From Actinomycetes bacterium (lineage in GTDB: Bacteria > Actinomycetota > CALGFH01), in contig DATFRI010000095.1 of assembly GCA_035263405.1 (NCBI GenBank), forward strand, positions 27,614 through 91,613: a stretch of DNA of 64,000 nucleotides. The letters run 5' to 3'. Below, in pieces: positions 15,297 to 22,994 of the stretch. The position numbers and the translations under genes were made by a program. The notes beneath the pieces were generated by a model that saw nothing but the letters and a program-made list of their open reading frames with translations, made no database searches and was not told the DNA's origin. Position 1 is the stretch's first letter; each line of letters starts with the position of its first letter.

Positions 15297-17734
15297 TGGA
15301 CGCTCCCCTCCCCGGTGGGCCGGTCGCCGCCGGCGCTGCGGGCCGCCTGGATCGCGCGCCACACCCGCTCGGGGTTGACGGGCTTCTCGATGTGGGTCAC
15401 CCCGAGCGGGGCGAGCGCGTCGAGCACCCCGTTGACGACCGCGGCCGGCGCGGCGATCGTGCCGGCCTCGCCGATCCCCTTCACCCCGAGCGGGTTGGTG
15501 CTCGACCTGGTGACCAGGTGCTCCAGCTCGAACGAGGGCATCTCGCTGGCCGCCGGCACCCGGTAGGTCGCCATCGAGCCGGTGAGCAGCACCCCGTTCT
15601 CGTCGAACACGGCCTCCTCGAACTGGGCCTCGGCGATCCCCTGGCAGATGCCGCCGTGGAGCTGCCCCTGGACGATCACGGGGTTGATGATCGTGCCGCA
15701 GTCGTCCACCGCCACGTAGCGGCGGACGAACACCTGGCCGGTCTCGGTGTCCACCTCCACGGTGCACAGGTGCGCGCCGGCCGGGAAGGTGAAGTTCACC
15801 GGGTCCCAGGTGGCCTCGCCGTCCAGCACCGGCTCCAGCCCCGCCGGCAGGTCGTGCGCGCTCCATGCGCTGGCCGCGAGCTCGGGGATCGTACGGGCGC
15901 GGTCGGGCGCCCCGCGGACCTGGAAGCGGCCCTCGACCCACTCCAGGTCCTCCTCGGCGACCTCCAGCTCGTGCGCCGCGACCTTGGCCGCCTTGTCGCG
16001 CACCTTCCGGCAGGCCAGGTACAGCGCGGTCCCGCCCACCGACAGCGAGCGGCTGCCGTAGGTGTCCAGGCCCATCGGGGAGGACGCCGTGTCGCCGTGG
16101 AACACCTCCACGTCCTCGTAGCCGACGCCCAGCTCGTCGGCCACGATCTGCGCCCAGGTGGTGACGTGGCCCTGCCCGTGCGGGGAGGTGCCGCTGACCA
16201 CCTCGACCTTGCCGGTCGGCAGGCAGCGGACGACCGACTGCTCCCAGCCGCCGCCCGCGTAGTTGAGCGCGGACAGCACCTGGCTCGGCGCCAGCCCGCA
16301 CATCTCGATGTAGGTCGAGATCCCCACGCCCAGCAGGCGGCTGTCGCCGCGCCGGCGGCGCTCCGCCTGCTCGGCGCGGACGTCCTCGTAGCCGAGGATC
16401 TCCATGGCCCGGTCCAGCAGCGCCGGGTAATTCCCGGAGTCGAAGTTGAGCCCGCCGGCCGCGGGGGTCGCTTCGGTGAACGGCGGCATCATGTTCATCC
16501 GCCGCAGCTCCGCCGGGTCCTTGCCGAGGCGTCTGGCGAGCGTGTCCATGGCGCGCTCGATCGCGTAGGTGGCCTCCGGACGGCCGGCGCCGCGGTAGGC
16601 GTCGGTCGGCGGCAGGTTGGTGTACGCCGCGGTGCACCAGAAGTCGTACGCCCGCGCCTGGTACTGCCCGTGGTAGATGAACGCGCCGAGCAGCGGGATC
16701 CCGGGCGCGACGAGCTGGGCGTAGGCGCCCATGTCGGCGAGGATGCGCGCGCGCACGGCGAGCAGCTCGCCCTCCTGCGTCGCCGCCAGCTCGATCTCCT
16801 GGATCTGGCCGCGGCCCTGGATGGTCGACTGGTACGCCTCGCTGCGCTCCTCGACCCACTTGACCGGCCGGCCGAGCCGCCTGGCGGCCGTGAGCGCGAT
16901 CGCCTCCTCGGCGTAGACGTTCAGCTTGGAGCCGAACCCGCCGCCGACGGTCGGCGCGATCACGCGGATCTTCGGCTCCGACAGGCCGCACACCACGGCC
17001 ATGAACAGCCGCACGAAGTGCGGTACCTGGGTGGTCGTCCAGAGCGTGTACTCGCCCTGGTAGGGAGAGGGCTGGACGAGCACGGCGCGCGGCTCGATCG
17101 CGTTGGGGACCAGGCGCGGCTGCAGGTAACGCTCGCGGACCACGACCGGGGCGCTCGCGATGAGCTGCTCGGCGTCCTCCCCGTTGCTGTGCCGCCAGGT
17201 GTACAGCTCGTTGGTGCCGAGCGCCTCGTGGACCAGCGGGGCACCCCCGGCGAGCGCCTGCTCGACCCCGGTGACGACCGGCAGCTCCTCGTAGTCGACC
17301 ACGACCGCCTCGGCGGCGTCGACGGCCTGCTCGCGGGTCGCGGCGACCACGACGGCCACCGGGTCGCCCGCGAAGCGGGCCTTGTCGACCGCGACGGGCT
17401 TGTGGTCGCCGACGCGCGGCTCGGCGGTCGGCTCCGCCTTGCCCCAGTGGACCGAGGGGACCGGCCACGCGGTCGGCAGGCCGGCCGACCAGTCGCCCGC
17501 GAGGTCCCGGCCGGACCAGACCGCGACCACGCCGGGCATCGCGGCCGCCGCGGCGGTGTCCACGCCGGCGATGCGGGCGTGGGCGACCGTGCTGCGGACC
17601 ACGACCATGTGGGCCATGCCGGGCAGCTTGAGGTCGTCGACGTACACGGCCTCGCCGGTGATCAGCTCCGGGTCCTCCTTGCGGGGGACCCCGTTGCCGA
17701 CGAAGCGCTGGGGCGCCTCGGTGGTGGCGGTCAC
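15293..17734 (-). CDS. coxL: molybdopterin-binding large subunit of a form-II CO-dehydrogenase-like hydroxylase (active-site loop AYRGAGR)
   Basis: GTG 17732-17734 with GGAGGT RBS, overlapping the coxS stop. 813 aa. Aldehyde-oxidase/xanthine-dehydrogenase a/b hammerhead and MoCo-binding domains. Loop [12 protein letters not shown] matches form II, not the form I VAYRCSFR. Confidence 0.85.
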   Translation of the reverse strand: MTATTEAPQRFVGNGVPRKEDPELITGEAVYVDDLKLPGMAHMVVVRSTVAHARIAGVDTAAAAAMPGVVAVWSGRDLAGDWSAGLPTAWPVPSVHWGKAEPTAEPRVGDHKPVAVDKARFAGDPVAVVVAATREQAVDAAEAVVVDYEELPVVTGVEQALAGGAPLVHEALGTNELYTWRHSNGEDAEQLIASAPVVVRERYLQPRLVPNAIEPRAVLVQPSPYQGEYTLWTTTQVPHFVRLFMAVVCGLSEPKIRVIAPTVGGGFGSKLNVYAEEAIALTAARRLGRPVKWVEERSEAYQSTIQGRGQIQEIELAATQEGELLAVRARILADMGAYAQLVAPGIPLLGAFIYHGQYQARAYDFWCTAAYTNLPPTDAYRGAGRPEATYAIERAMDTLARRLGKDPAELRRMNMMPPFTEATPAAGGLNFDSGNYPALLDRAMEILGYEDVRAEQAERRRRGDSRLLGVGISTYIEMCGLAPSQVLSALNYAGGGWEQSVVRCLPTGKVEVVSGTSPHGQGHVTTWAQIVADELGVGYEDVEVFHGDTASSPMGLDTYGSRSLSVGGTALYLACRKVRDKAAKVAAHELEVAEEDLEWVEGRFQVRGAPDRARTIPELAASAWSAHDLPAGLEPVLDGEATWDPVNFTFPAGAHLCTVEVDTETGQVFVRRYVAVDDCGTIINPVIVQGQLHGGICQGIAEAQFEEAVFDENGVLLTGSMATYRVPAASEMPSFELEHLVTRSSTNPLGVKGIGEAGTIAAPAAVVNGVLDALAPLGVTHIEKPVNPERVWRAIQAARSAGGDRPTGEGSVQ

Positions 17735-18282
17735 GACGTCACCTCCCCGGCGGGCGCCGGCGCCGGGACGGGCTGGCCGGGCGTGTGCCCGCCCACCGGC
17801 CCGGTGATGCCGCGCATCTCCGCGCCACCCTGCTGCACCGCCTTGACGATGTTCTGGTAGCCGGTGCAGCGGCACAGGTTGCCTTCGAGCCCGAGCCGGA
17901 TCGCGTGCTCCTCGAGGCTGCCGTTGTGCTCGACCAGGCTGACCGCGGCCATGATCATGCCCGGCGTGCAGAAGCCGCACTGCAGCCCGTGCTGGTCGTG
18001 GAAGGCGCGCTGCATCGGGTGCAGCTCGCCGCCGCTGCCGGCCAGGCCCTCGATCGTGGTGACCTCCTGCCCGTCGGCCTGGACCGCGAGCATCGTGCAG
18101 GACTTGACCGAGGCGCCGTTGACCAGCACCGTGCACGACCCGCAGGAGGACGTGTCGCAGCCGACGTTGGTGCCGGTCAGGCCGAGCCCCTCGCGCAGCA
18201 GGTAGACGAGCAGCAGGCGCGGCTCCACCTCCTGCTCGTAGCTGGTCCCGTTGACCGTCACGCTGATGCGTCTGGTGGCCAT
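17731..18282 (-). CDS. coxS: [2Fe-2S]-binding small subunit (CoxS/CutS-like)
   Basis: ATG 18282 with AAGGGAG RBS. Plant-type ferredoxin CxxxxCxxC...C ([12 protein letters not shown]) and second cluster CGFCTPG...CRCTGY; 183 aa. Confidence 0.85.
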   Translation of the reverse strand: MATRRISVTVNGTSYEQEVEPRLLLVYLLREGLGLTGTNVGCDTSSCGSCTVLVNGASVKSCTMLAVQADGQEVTTIEGLAGSGGELHPMQRAFHDQHGLQCGFCTPGMIMAAVSLVEHNGSLEEHAIRLGLEGNLCRCTGYQNIVKAVQQGGAEMRGITGPVGGHTPGQPVPAPAPAGEVTS

Positions 18283-18378
18283 CGCACTCCCTTCGTCGTC
18301 GAGGAGAGGTCTGCTGCCGGGGAGGACCGGTTCGGGCGGCACGCCGGGATGGGCCTGGGACGGTGTCAGCTCCGTCGC

Positions 18379-18420
18379 TTGACCAGGACAGTTTCGCAAT
18401 TTGCGGACAGGCTGGCCAGA
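18379..18420. promoter_or_regulatory. candidate operator in the cox/xdhC divergent promoter region: palindrome CGCAA-T-TTGCG (18395-18405) flanked by GGACAG direct repeats, plus a TTGACC -35-like hexamer
   Basis: Read directly; lies in the 370-bp spacer between the coxS start (18282) and the xdhC start (18652). Confidence 0.3.
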
Positions 18421-18651
18421 GGGTGATGGCCGAAGGCGGCCGCTTGTGGAGCCGTGGGCGAACATCCGCGGCGACCACACTGGGCGGCCCGGGGCGGCCC
18501 GGGCGCTCCGCGCGCGAGATCACCCTCCCACAAGGCAACCACGCGCCCGTACGATGGTGGGCCAGGCAGGGCCACCGCCGGCCCGATCAGCCCGCAGCCG
18601 CGGCGCACCGGCGCGTGGGAGCCCTGCGGGCGGTCAGGAGGCGGGATCACC

Positions 18652-18963
18652 ATGCAGGACGTGCTCGATACGGTGGAGCGCTGGCGGGCCGAGGGCCGCC
18701 GGGTCGCCATCGCGACGGTGACGGCGGTCAAGGGCTCGGCGCCCAGGGCGCCCGGCTCGAAGATGGCGGTCGCCGACGACGGGCGATGGGCGGGCAGCGT
18801 CTCCGGCGGCTGCGTGGAGGGCGCCGTGCTCGCGGAGGCGAACGAGGTGCTCGCGGGCGGTGGCCCGCGGCTGCGCACCTACGGGATCAGCCAGGGCAGG
18901 GCGTGGGAGTACGGGCTCGCCTGCGGCGGCGTGATCGACGTGTTCGTCGAGGAGCTGCGCTGA
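18652..18963 (+). CDS. xdhC: XdhC/CoxI-family molybdenum cofactor insertion chaperone, N-terminal domain only (split gene?)
   Basis: ATG 18652 with AGGAGG RBS; 103 aa: GSAPRAPGSKMAVADDGRWAGSVSGGCVEGAVLAEA...GLACGGVIDVFVEEL (PF02625-like). Confidence 0.6.
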   Translation: MQDVLDTVERWRAEGRRVAIATVTAVKGSAPRAPGSKMAVADDGRWAGSVSGGCVEGAVLAEANEVLAGGGPRLRTYGISQGRAWEYGLACGGVIDVFVEELR

Positions 18964-18977
18964 CCGGCACCGGCGCC

Positions 18978-19793
18978 GTGCCGCCCCCCGACGGCTCAGC
19001 GGCCGGTCCCGGCGGGGTCGGCTTCGAGGCCGTGCGGGACCTGCTCCGCTCCGGCCGCCGCGGTGCGGTGGTGACCGTCGTCGCGGGCGAGGGGCTCGGC
19101 GCCAAGCTGCTGGTCACCGCCGACCAGACGCTCGGGAGCCTCGGCGACCCGGAGCTGGACGGCAAGGCCGCTGTGGTCGCGCGCGAGCTGCTCGACGGGG
19201 AGGAGTCCGCCACCCGCGAGCTGGCCGGACGCACGCTCTTCTTCGACGTCGCCGCACCCCAGCCGCACCTGCTGATCCTCGGCGCGGTCGACTTCGCCGG
19301 CGCGCTGGCCAGGCTCGCCCGCTTCGCGGGCTTCCGGGTCACGGTCGTGGACGCGCGCCCGCACTTCGCCACGCGCGAGCGCATCCCCGACGCCGACGAG
19401 CTGGTGGTCGCCTGGCCGCAGGACCACCTCGCCGAGCACCCGCCCGACGACGCCACCTACGTCGCGATCCTCACCCACGAGCCGCGCTTCGACGACCCGG
19501 CGCTGCACGCCGTCCTCGCCAGCCCGGCGCCCTACATCGGCGCGATGGGCAGCCGGCGGGCGCACCGCGAGCGGATCGAACGGCTGCGCGAGGCGGGGCA
19601 CGGCGACGCGGCGATCGCGCGCATCTCCGGCCCGATCGGGCTGGACATCGGCGCGCTCACCACCGAGGAGACCGCCATCTCGATCCTCGCCGAGGTGATC
19701 GCCGCCCGTCACGGCCGCGCCGGCGGGCGCCTGTCGCTGCGGGAGGCGTCGGTGCACGCCCTGCGCGAGCGCGGGCAGCTCGACGAACCGTGA
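18978..19793 (+). CDS. xdhC: XdhC-family protein, second XdhC_CoxI-like segment plus Rossmann-like C-terminal domain (continues 18652-18963 in another frame)
   Basis: GTG 18978, in the -1 frame relative to the upstream ORF and 15 nt after its stop. HLLILGAVDFAGALARLARFAGFRVTVVDARP is typical of XdhC_C. Confidence 0.55.
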   Translation: MPPPDGSAAGPGGVGFEAVRDLLRSGRRGAVVTVVAGEGLGAKLLVTADQTLGSLGDPELDGKAAVVARELLDGEESATRELAGRTLFFDVAAPQPHLLILGAVDFAGALARLARFAGFRVTVVDARPHFATRERIPDADELVVAWPQDHLAEHPPDDATYVAILTHEPRFDDPALHAVLASPAPYIGAMGSRRAHRERIERLREAGHGDAAIARISGPIGLDIGALTTEETAISILAEVIAARHGRAGGRLSLREASVHALRERGQLDEP

Positions 19794-19803
19794 GCGGGGC
19801 GCT

Positions 19804-20562
19804 GTGAGCCGCGAAGCGCCACCCGCCGGGAGCGCCCGCGGCGACGCGGCCCCGGACGGGCCGGACGCACCTGGCCGGGCGCCCGGGCCGGGGCGGAGAG
19901 CCGGGCCGGACCAGAGGGTCGCGCCGCTCCTGGCCGCGCCGGGGCAGGTGGTCGGGCTGGTCCTGGCCGCGGGGCGGTCGCAGCGGATGGGCCGGCCCAA
20001 GCAGCTCGCGCAGCTCGGCGGGCGGCCGCTGCTGGAGCACGCGCTGCGGTCGCTGTCGGCCTCCGGGGTGGACGAGGTGGTGGTCGCGCTCGGCGCCCAC
20101 GCCGGCCTCGTCGAGCGCGGGGTCCGGCTGCAGGGCGCGGTGCCGCTGCGCGCGGGCCGCTGGCGCGAGGGCATGGGCGCGGTGCTCGCCGAGGCCTCGG
20201 CCGCGCTCGCCGGCTGCGGGGCGCTGGTGGTCGCGCTCGGCGACCAGCCGATGGTCGGCCCCGCGGTGGTCGAGCGGCTCGTGGCCGCGTGGCGGGCGGG
20301 CGCCGGACCGGTCGTGCGGGCCACCTACAGCGGGCGGCCCGGGCACCCGGTGCTGTTCGACGGCACGCTGCTCCCCGAGCTGGCCGCGCTCGGCGGGGAC
20401 GTGGGCGCCCGCGGGCTGCTGGCGCGCCGCCCGGGAGATGTGCACCTGGTCGAGGTCGGCGGGCTCGGCGATGATCTCGACGTGGACGACGAGGCGGGTC
20501 TGGAGGCCGCTCGGCGCCTGCTGGCCGGGCGGACCGAGGGAGCGGACGCCGGCCCGCGCTGA
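19804..20562 (+). CDS. mocA: MobA-like nucleotidyltransferase, probable molybdenum cofactor cytidylyltransferase
   Basis: VGLVLAAGRSQRMGRPKQL glycine-rich NTP-transferase motif. Alternative GTG start at 19948. Confidence 0.7.
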   Translation: MSREAPPAGSARGDAAPDGPDAPGRAPGPGRRAGPDQRVAPLLAAPGQVVGLVLAAGRSQRMGRPKQLAQLGGRPLLEHALRSLSASGVDEVVVALGAHAGLVERGVRLQGAVPLRAGRWREGMGAVLAEASAALAGCGALVVALGDQPMVGPAVVERLVAAWRAGAGPVVRATYSGRPGHPVLFDGTLLPELAALGGDVGARGLLARRPGDVHLVEVGGLGDDLDVDDEAGLEAARRLLAGRTEGADAGPR

Positions 20563-20647
20563 CGGGAGGCGGGCGGCCCCGGCGGGTACAGGTGGGCATG
20601 GAGGGGAGTGCCGGGACACCGGCCCGGTCCGACACGAGGAGAGCGGC

Positions 20648-21535
20648 ATGCGGATCGAGCAGACCGTCGAGGTGGACGCGCCGATCGGGCGTGTCTGGGC
20701 ACTGGTCAACGACGTGCCACGGGTGGCCCCCTGCATGCCGGGGGCGGCGCTCACCACGGTGGTGGACGAGCGCACCTACGAAGGCACGGTGCAGGTCAGG
20801 CTCGGCCCGATCCGCGTCGGCTACAAGGGCACGGTCGTCCTCGAGGAGGTCGACGAGGCCGCGCACAGCGCGCGGATGGCGGCCAAGGGCCGCGACACCA
20901 AGGGCGCCGGCACCGTGAACGCAACCGTGCAGACCAGCCTGGAGCCCGCGGGCGACGGGCGCACGCGCCTGCTCGTCACCGCCGACGTGCAGCTCACCGG
21001 CAAGGTCGCCGCGTTCGGACGCGGCATGATCAGCGACGTCGCCGCCAAGCTCTTCGGCCAGTTCGCCGAGTGCCTGGTCGAGTCGCTGCGCAACGAGGGC
21101 GAGGCGGCGCCGGCACCCGCCGCCACGGAGACGCCCGCGACCCCCGCGTCCTCCGAAGCACCCGCCGCGCCCGCGCCGCCCGCCGCAGGAGCGCCCGCGG
21201 CATCCGCCGCCTCCGAAGCACCCGCCGCGCCCGCCGCGCCCGCGCCGCCCGCCGCAGGAGCGCCCGCGGCATCCGCCGCCTCCGAAGCACCCGCCGCGCC
21301 CGCGCCGGGCCGGCCGCCGGCCACGGTGACCGAGGTGGCCGCGCCCGCGCCCGCTCCGGCGGGCGGAGGCGACGGGGAGCCCTCGCCCGCGCCGCCGCCA
21401 CCTTCGGCTCCTGCGGCTCCGGCGCAGGAGCCACGCGAGGACAGCTCGATCAGCGCGGCCGGCCTCGCCGGCACGGTGGTCGTCGGCCGGTTCAAGGCGC
21501 TCATGCGGCGGCTGCGGGGCCGTAGCGGGAGCTGA
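20648..21535 (+). CDS. coxG: CoxG-like SRPBCC protein with an unusual C-terminal Ala/Pro-rich repeat extension and basic tail
   Basis: ATG 20648 with GAGGAG RBS. MRIEQTVEVDAPIGRVWALVNDVPRVAPCMPGA matches the CoxG/polyketide-cyclase SRPBCC fold. The C-terminal ~110 aa are EAPAAPAPPAAGAPAASAAS repeats ending GRFKALMRRLRGRSGS. Confidence 0.75.
   Translation: MRIEQTVEVDAPIGRVWALVNDVPRVAPCMPGAALTTVVDERTYEGTVQVRLGPIRVGYKGTVVLEEVDEAAHSARMAAKGRDTKGAGTVNATVQTSLEPAGDGRTRLLVTADVQLTGKVAAFGRGMISDVAAKLFGQFAECLVESLRNEGEAAPAPAATETPATPASSEAPAAPAPPAAGAPAASAASEAPAAPAAPAPPAAGAPAASAASEAPAAPAPGRPPATVTEVAAPAPAPAGGGDGEPSPAPPPPSAPAAPAQEPREDSSISAAGLAGTVVVGRFKALMRRLRGRSGS
21151..21308 (+). repeat. tandem ~60-69-nt coding repeats (2.5 copies) inside the coxG 3' region
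   Basis: Unit CTCCGAAGCACCCGCCGCGCCCGCGCCGCCCGCCGCAGGAGCGCCCGCGGCATCCGCCGC repeated with a 9-nt insertion in copy 2. Confidence 0.6.
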
Positions 21536-21598
21536 GCGTCGGCCGAGGTCTCTGCAGTTGACGTTTCCAGGCGGGGGGCATTAGCGTCAGAGCAGCCG

Positions 21599-21656
21599 CT
21601 TCCCCCCAAAGTGGCACATATCAGCCACTTCCCCCCCAAAGTGGCACATATCAGCC
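21599..21656. repeat. 28/29-bp perfect tandem direct repeat CTTCCCCCC(C)AAAGTGGCACATATCAGCC x2, first copy forming the hairpin AAGTGGC-acatatca-GCCACTT, preceded by a G6 run
   Basis: Read directly in the 234-bp intergenic region between coxG and the next gene (21770). Confidence 0.5.
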
Positions 21657-21769
21657 GAGCCCCCCAGCGGGCTGAACAGGCATACGACCGAAGGTCCCTG
21701 TGAACGCGCGGGCGGCCCCGCAAACCAGGTGGCCGTCGTCGTGGCCTGCGCAAGAGAAAGGACGTCTTC

Positions 21770-22810
21770 ATGCCCCGAATCGAGCCTGGGCGGCGACCCA
21801 CCCGCCAGGGCAGACCCGGCTGGGCCGCCTTCTCCGCTCTGCCAGGCCGACCTGCTACGCGGTTGCTCGCAATCGCGCTGGTCCTCGGCGTGTTGTTCGC
21901 TGCCACCAACGGCTTGGTATTCGCCGACGAGGACGACGACGCTCCTCCACCCTCGACCGTCTGCCCGCCGGCCCCCGAGGCGGAGCAGCCACCACCTGAC
22001 GCCGACGAGCAGCCCCCGGCTGAGGAGCAGCCCCCGGCCCCGGACATCGACGCCCTCACCAAGGCCGTCACCGACGCCGAAGCCGCCCTCACCGAAGCCC
22101 AAGAAGCCCTCGAAGCACTCGAAGCCCAAGGCGCCGACGAGGACGAACTCCAAGCCGCCCAACAGACCATCGCCGACAAGGAAGCCGCCCTCACCGAAGC
22201 CAAGGAAGCCCTCGAAGCCGCCCAAGCCCAACCACCAGCCGACCAGCAGCCCCCACCAGGCGACGGCGACGACCAGCCACCAGCCGACCAGCAGCCCCCA
22301 CCAGGCGACGGCGACGACCAACCACCAGCCGACCAGCAGCCCTGCCCTCAGCCCGTGGTGGACGAGCAGCCGCCACCTGTGGACCCACCCGCGGACGAGC
22401 AGCCATGCCCACCCGTGGTGAATGAGCCCCCAGCCGTGGACGAGCAGCCCCCAGCAGGCGACGGCGACGACCAGCCACAACCGGTCGGCCTGCCGGCCCA
22501 AGCCCAGCCGGTGGCCGCCGCTGACCAACCACAGCCGGTCGGCGACGGCGACGACCAGCCACAGCCCGTCGACGGCGGCGGCCAGCCACCGTGCCCGGCA
22601 CCGCCGCCGCCCGTCTGCCCGCCGGTCGACCCGCCAGCGCAACCCCAGCCGATCGACGCCGACGACCAGCCGCCACCGGTCGGCGACGGCGACGAGCAGG
22701 TCTGCCCGCCTCCGCCGGTGGACGAGCAGCCCCCGCCGGTCGAGAAGCCGAGGCGGCCGCACCGGCATCACGGGGGGAACCGCAAGCCGATGGCAGCTCC
22801 CGTAGGCTGA
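21770..22810 (+). CDS. secreted, highly acidic Pro/Gln/Asp-rich repetitive protein with coiled-coil segment and multiple Cys-Pro motifs
   Basis: ATG with AAAGGA RBS; signal peptide LLAIALVLGVLFAATNGLVFADE. Repeats of DQQPPPGDGDDQPPA, with DNA highly repetitive from 22200 to 22720. Cysteines mostly in CPP/QPCP contexts. Confidence 0.5.
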   Translation: MPRIEPGRRPTRQGRPGWAAFSALPGRPATRLLAIALVLGVLFAATNGLVFADEDDDAPPPSTVCPPAPEAEQPPPDADEQPPAEEQPPAPDIDALTKAVTDAEAALTEAQEALEALEAQGADEDELQAAQQTIADKEAALTEAKEALEAAQAQPPADQQPPPGDGDDQPPADQQPPPGDGDDQPPADQQPCPQPVVDEQPPPVDPPADEQPCPPVVNEPPAVDEQPPAGDGDDQPQPVGLPAQAQPVAAADQPQPVGDGDDQPQPVDGGGQPPCPAPPPPVCPPVDPPAQPQPIDADDQPPPVGDGDEQVCPPPPVDEQPPPVEKPRRPHRHHGGNRKPMAAPVG

Positions 22811-22994
22811 CGGTTCGAGCCACGCAGTCCCCGCCTCACGCGGCAGCCGGGCGATGCCCGGCTGCCGCGTTCGTCTCTCGCCACCCGGGTCCGGGGAGGC
22901 GCTTGGTGGAGCCGGACGCCGGGGCCCCGTGCCCTGGGCACGGGCGAGGTCGCGGGCGTCCATCGCTCGCCCTTCAGGGCGTTGCGAGCCGCTG

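Noticed and set aside
14457-17468. 1003-aa single ORF covering coxM and half of coxL; also 15392-17860 plus (822 aa), 12362-14173 plus, 10030-11703 minus, 19709-20866 minus, 20821-22203 minus, 23038-25854 plus, 24085-26373 minus, 27706-31077 plus, 54572-56833 plus, 60532-63321 minus
   Set aside because: All are low-complexity (R/G/A/P) translations in frames overlapping genes with clear catalytic motifs. Only the motif-bearing sub-regions in the correct frame were kept (for example the C-terminal 279 aa of 14457-17468, called as coxM).
21609-21656. TGGCAC-N5-AGCC as a sigma54 (-24/-12) promoter
   Set aside because: The GG-to-GC spacing is one nt short of consensus, the -12 element is not TTGC, and RpoN is not expected in actinobacteria.
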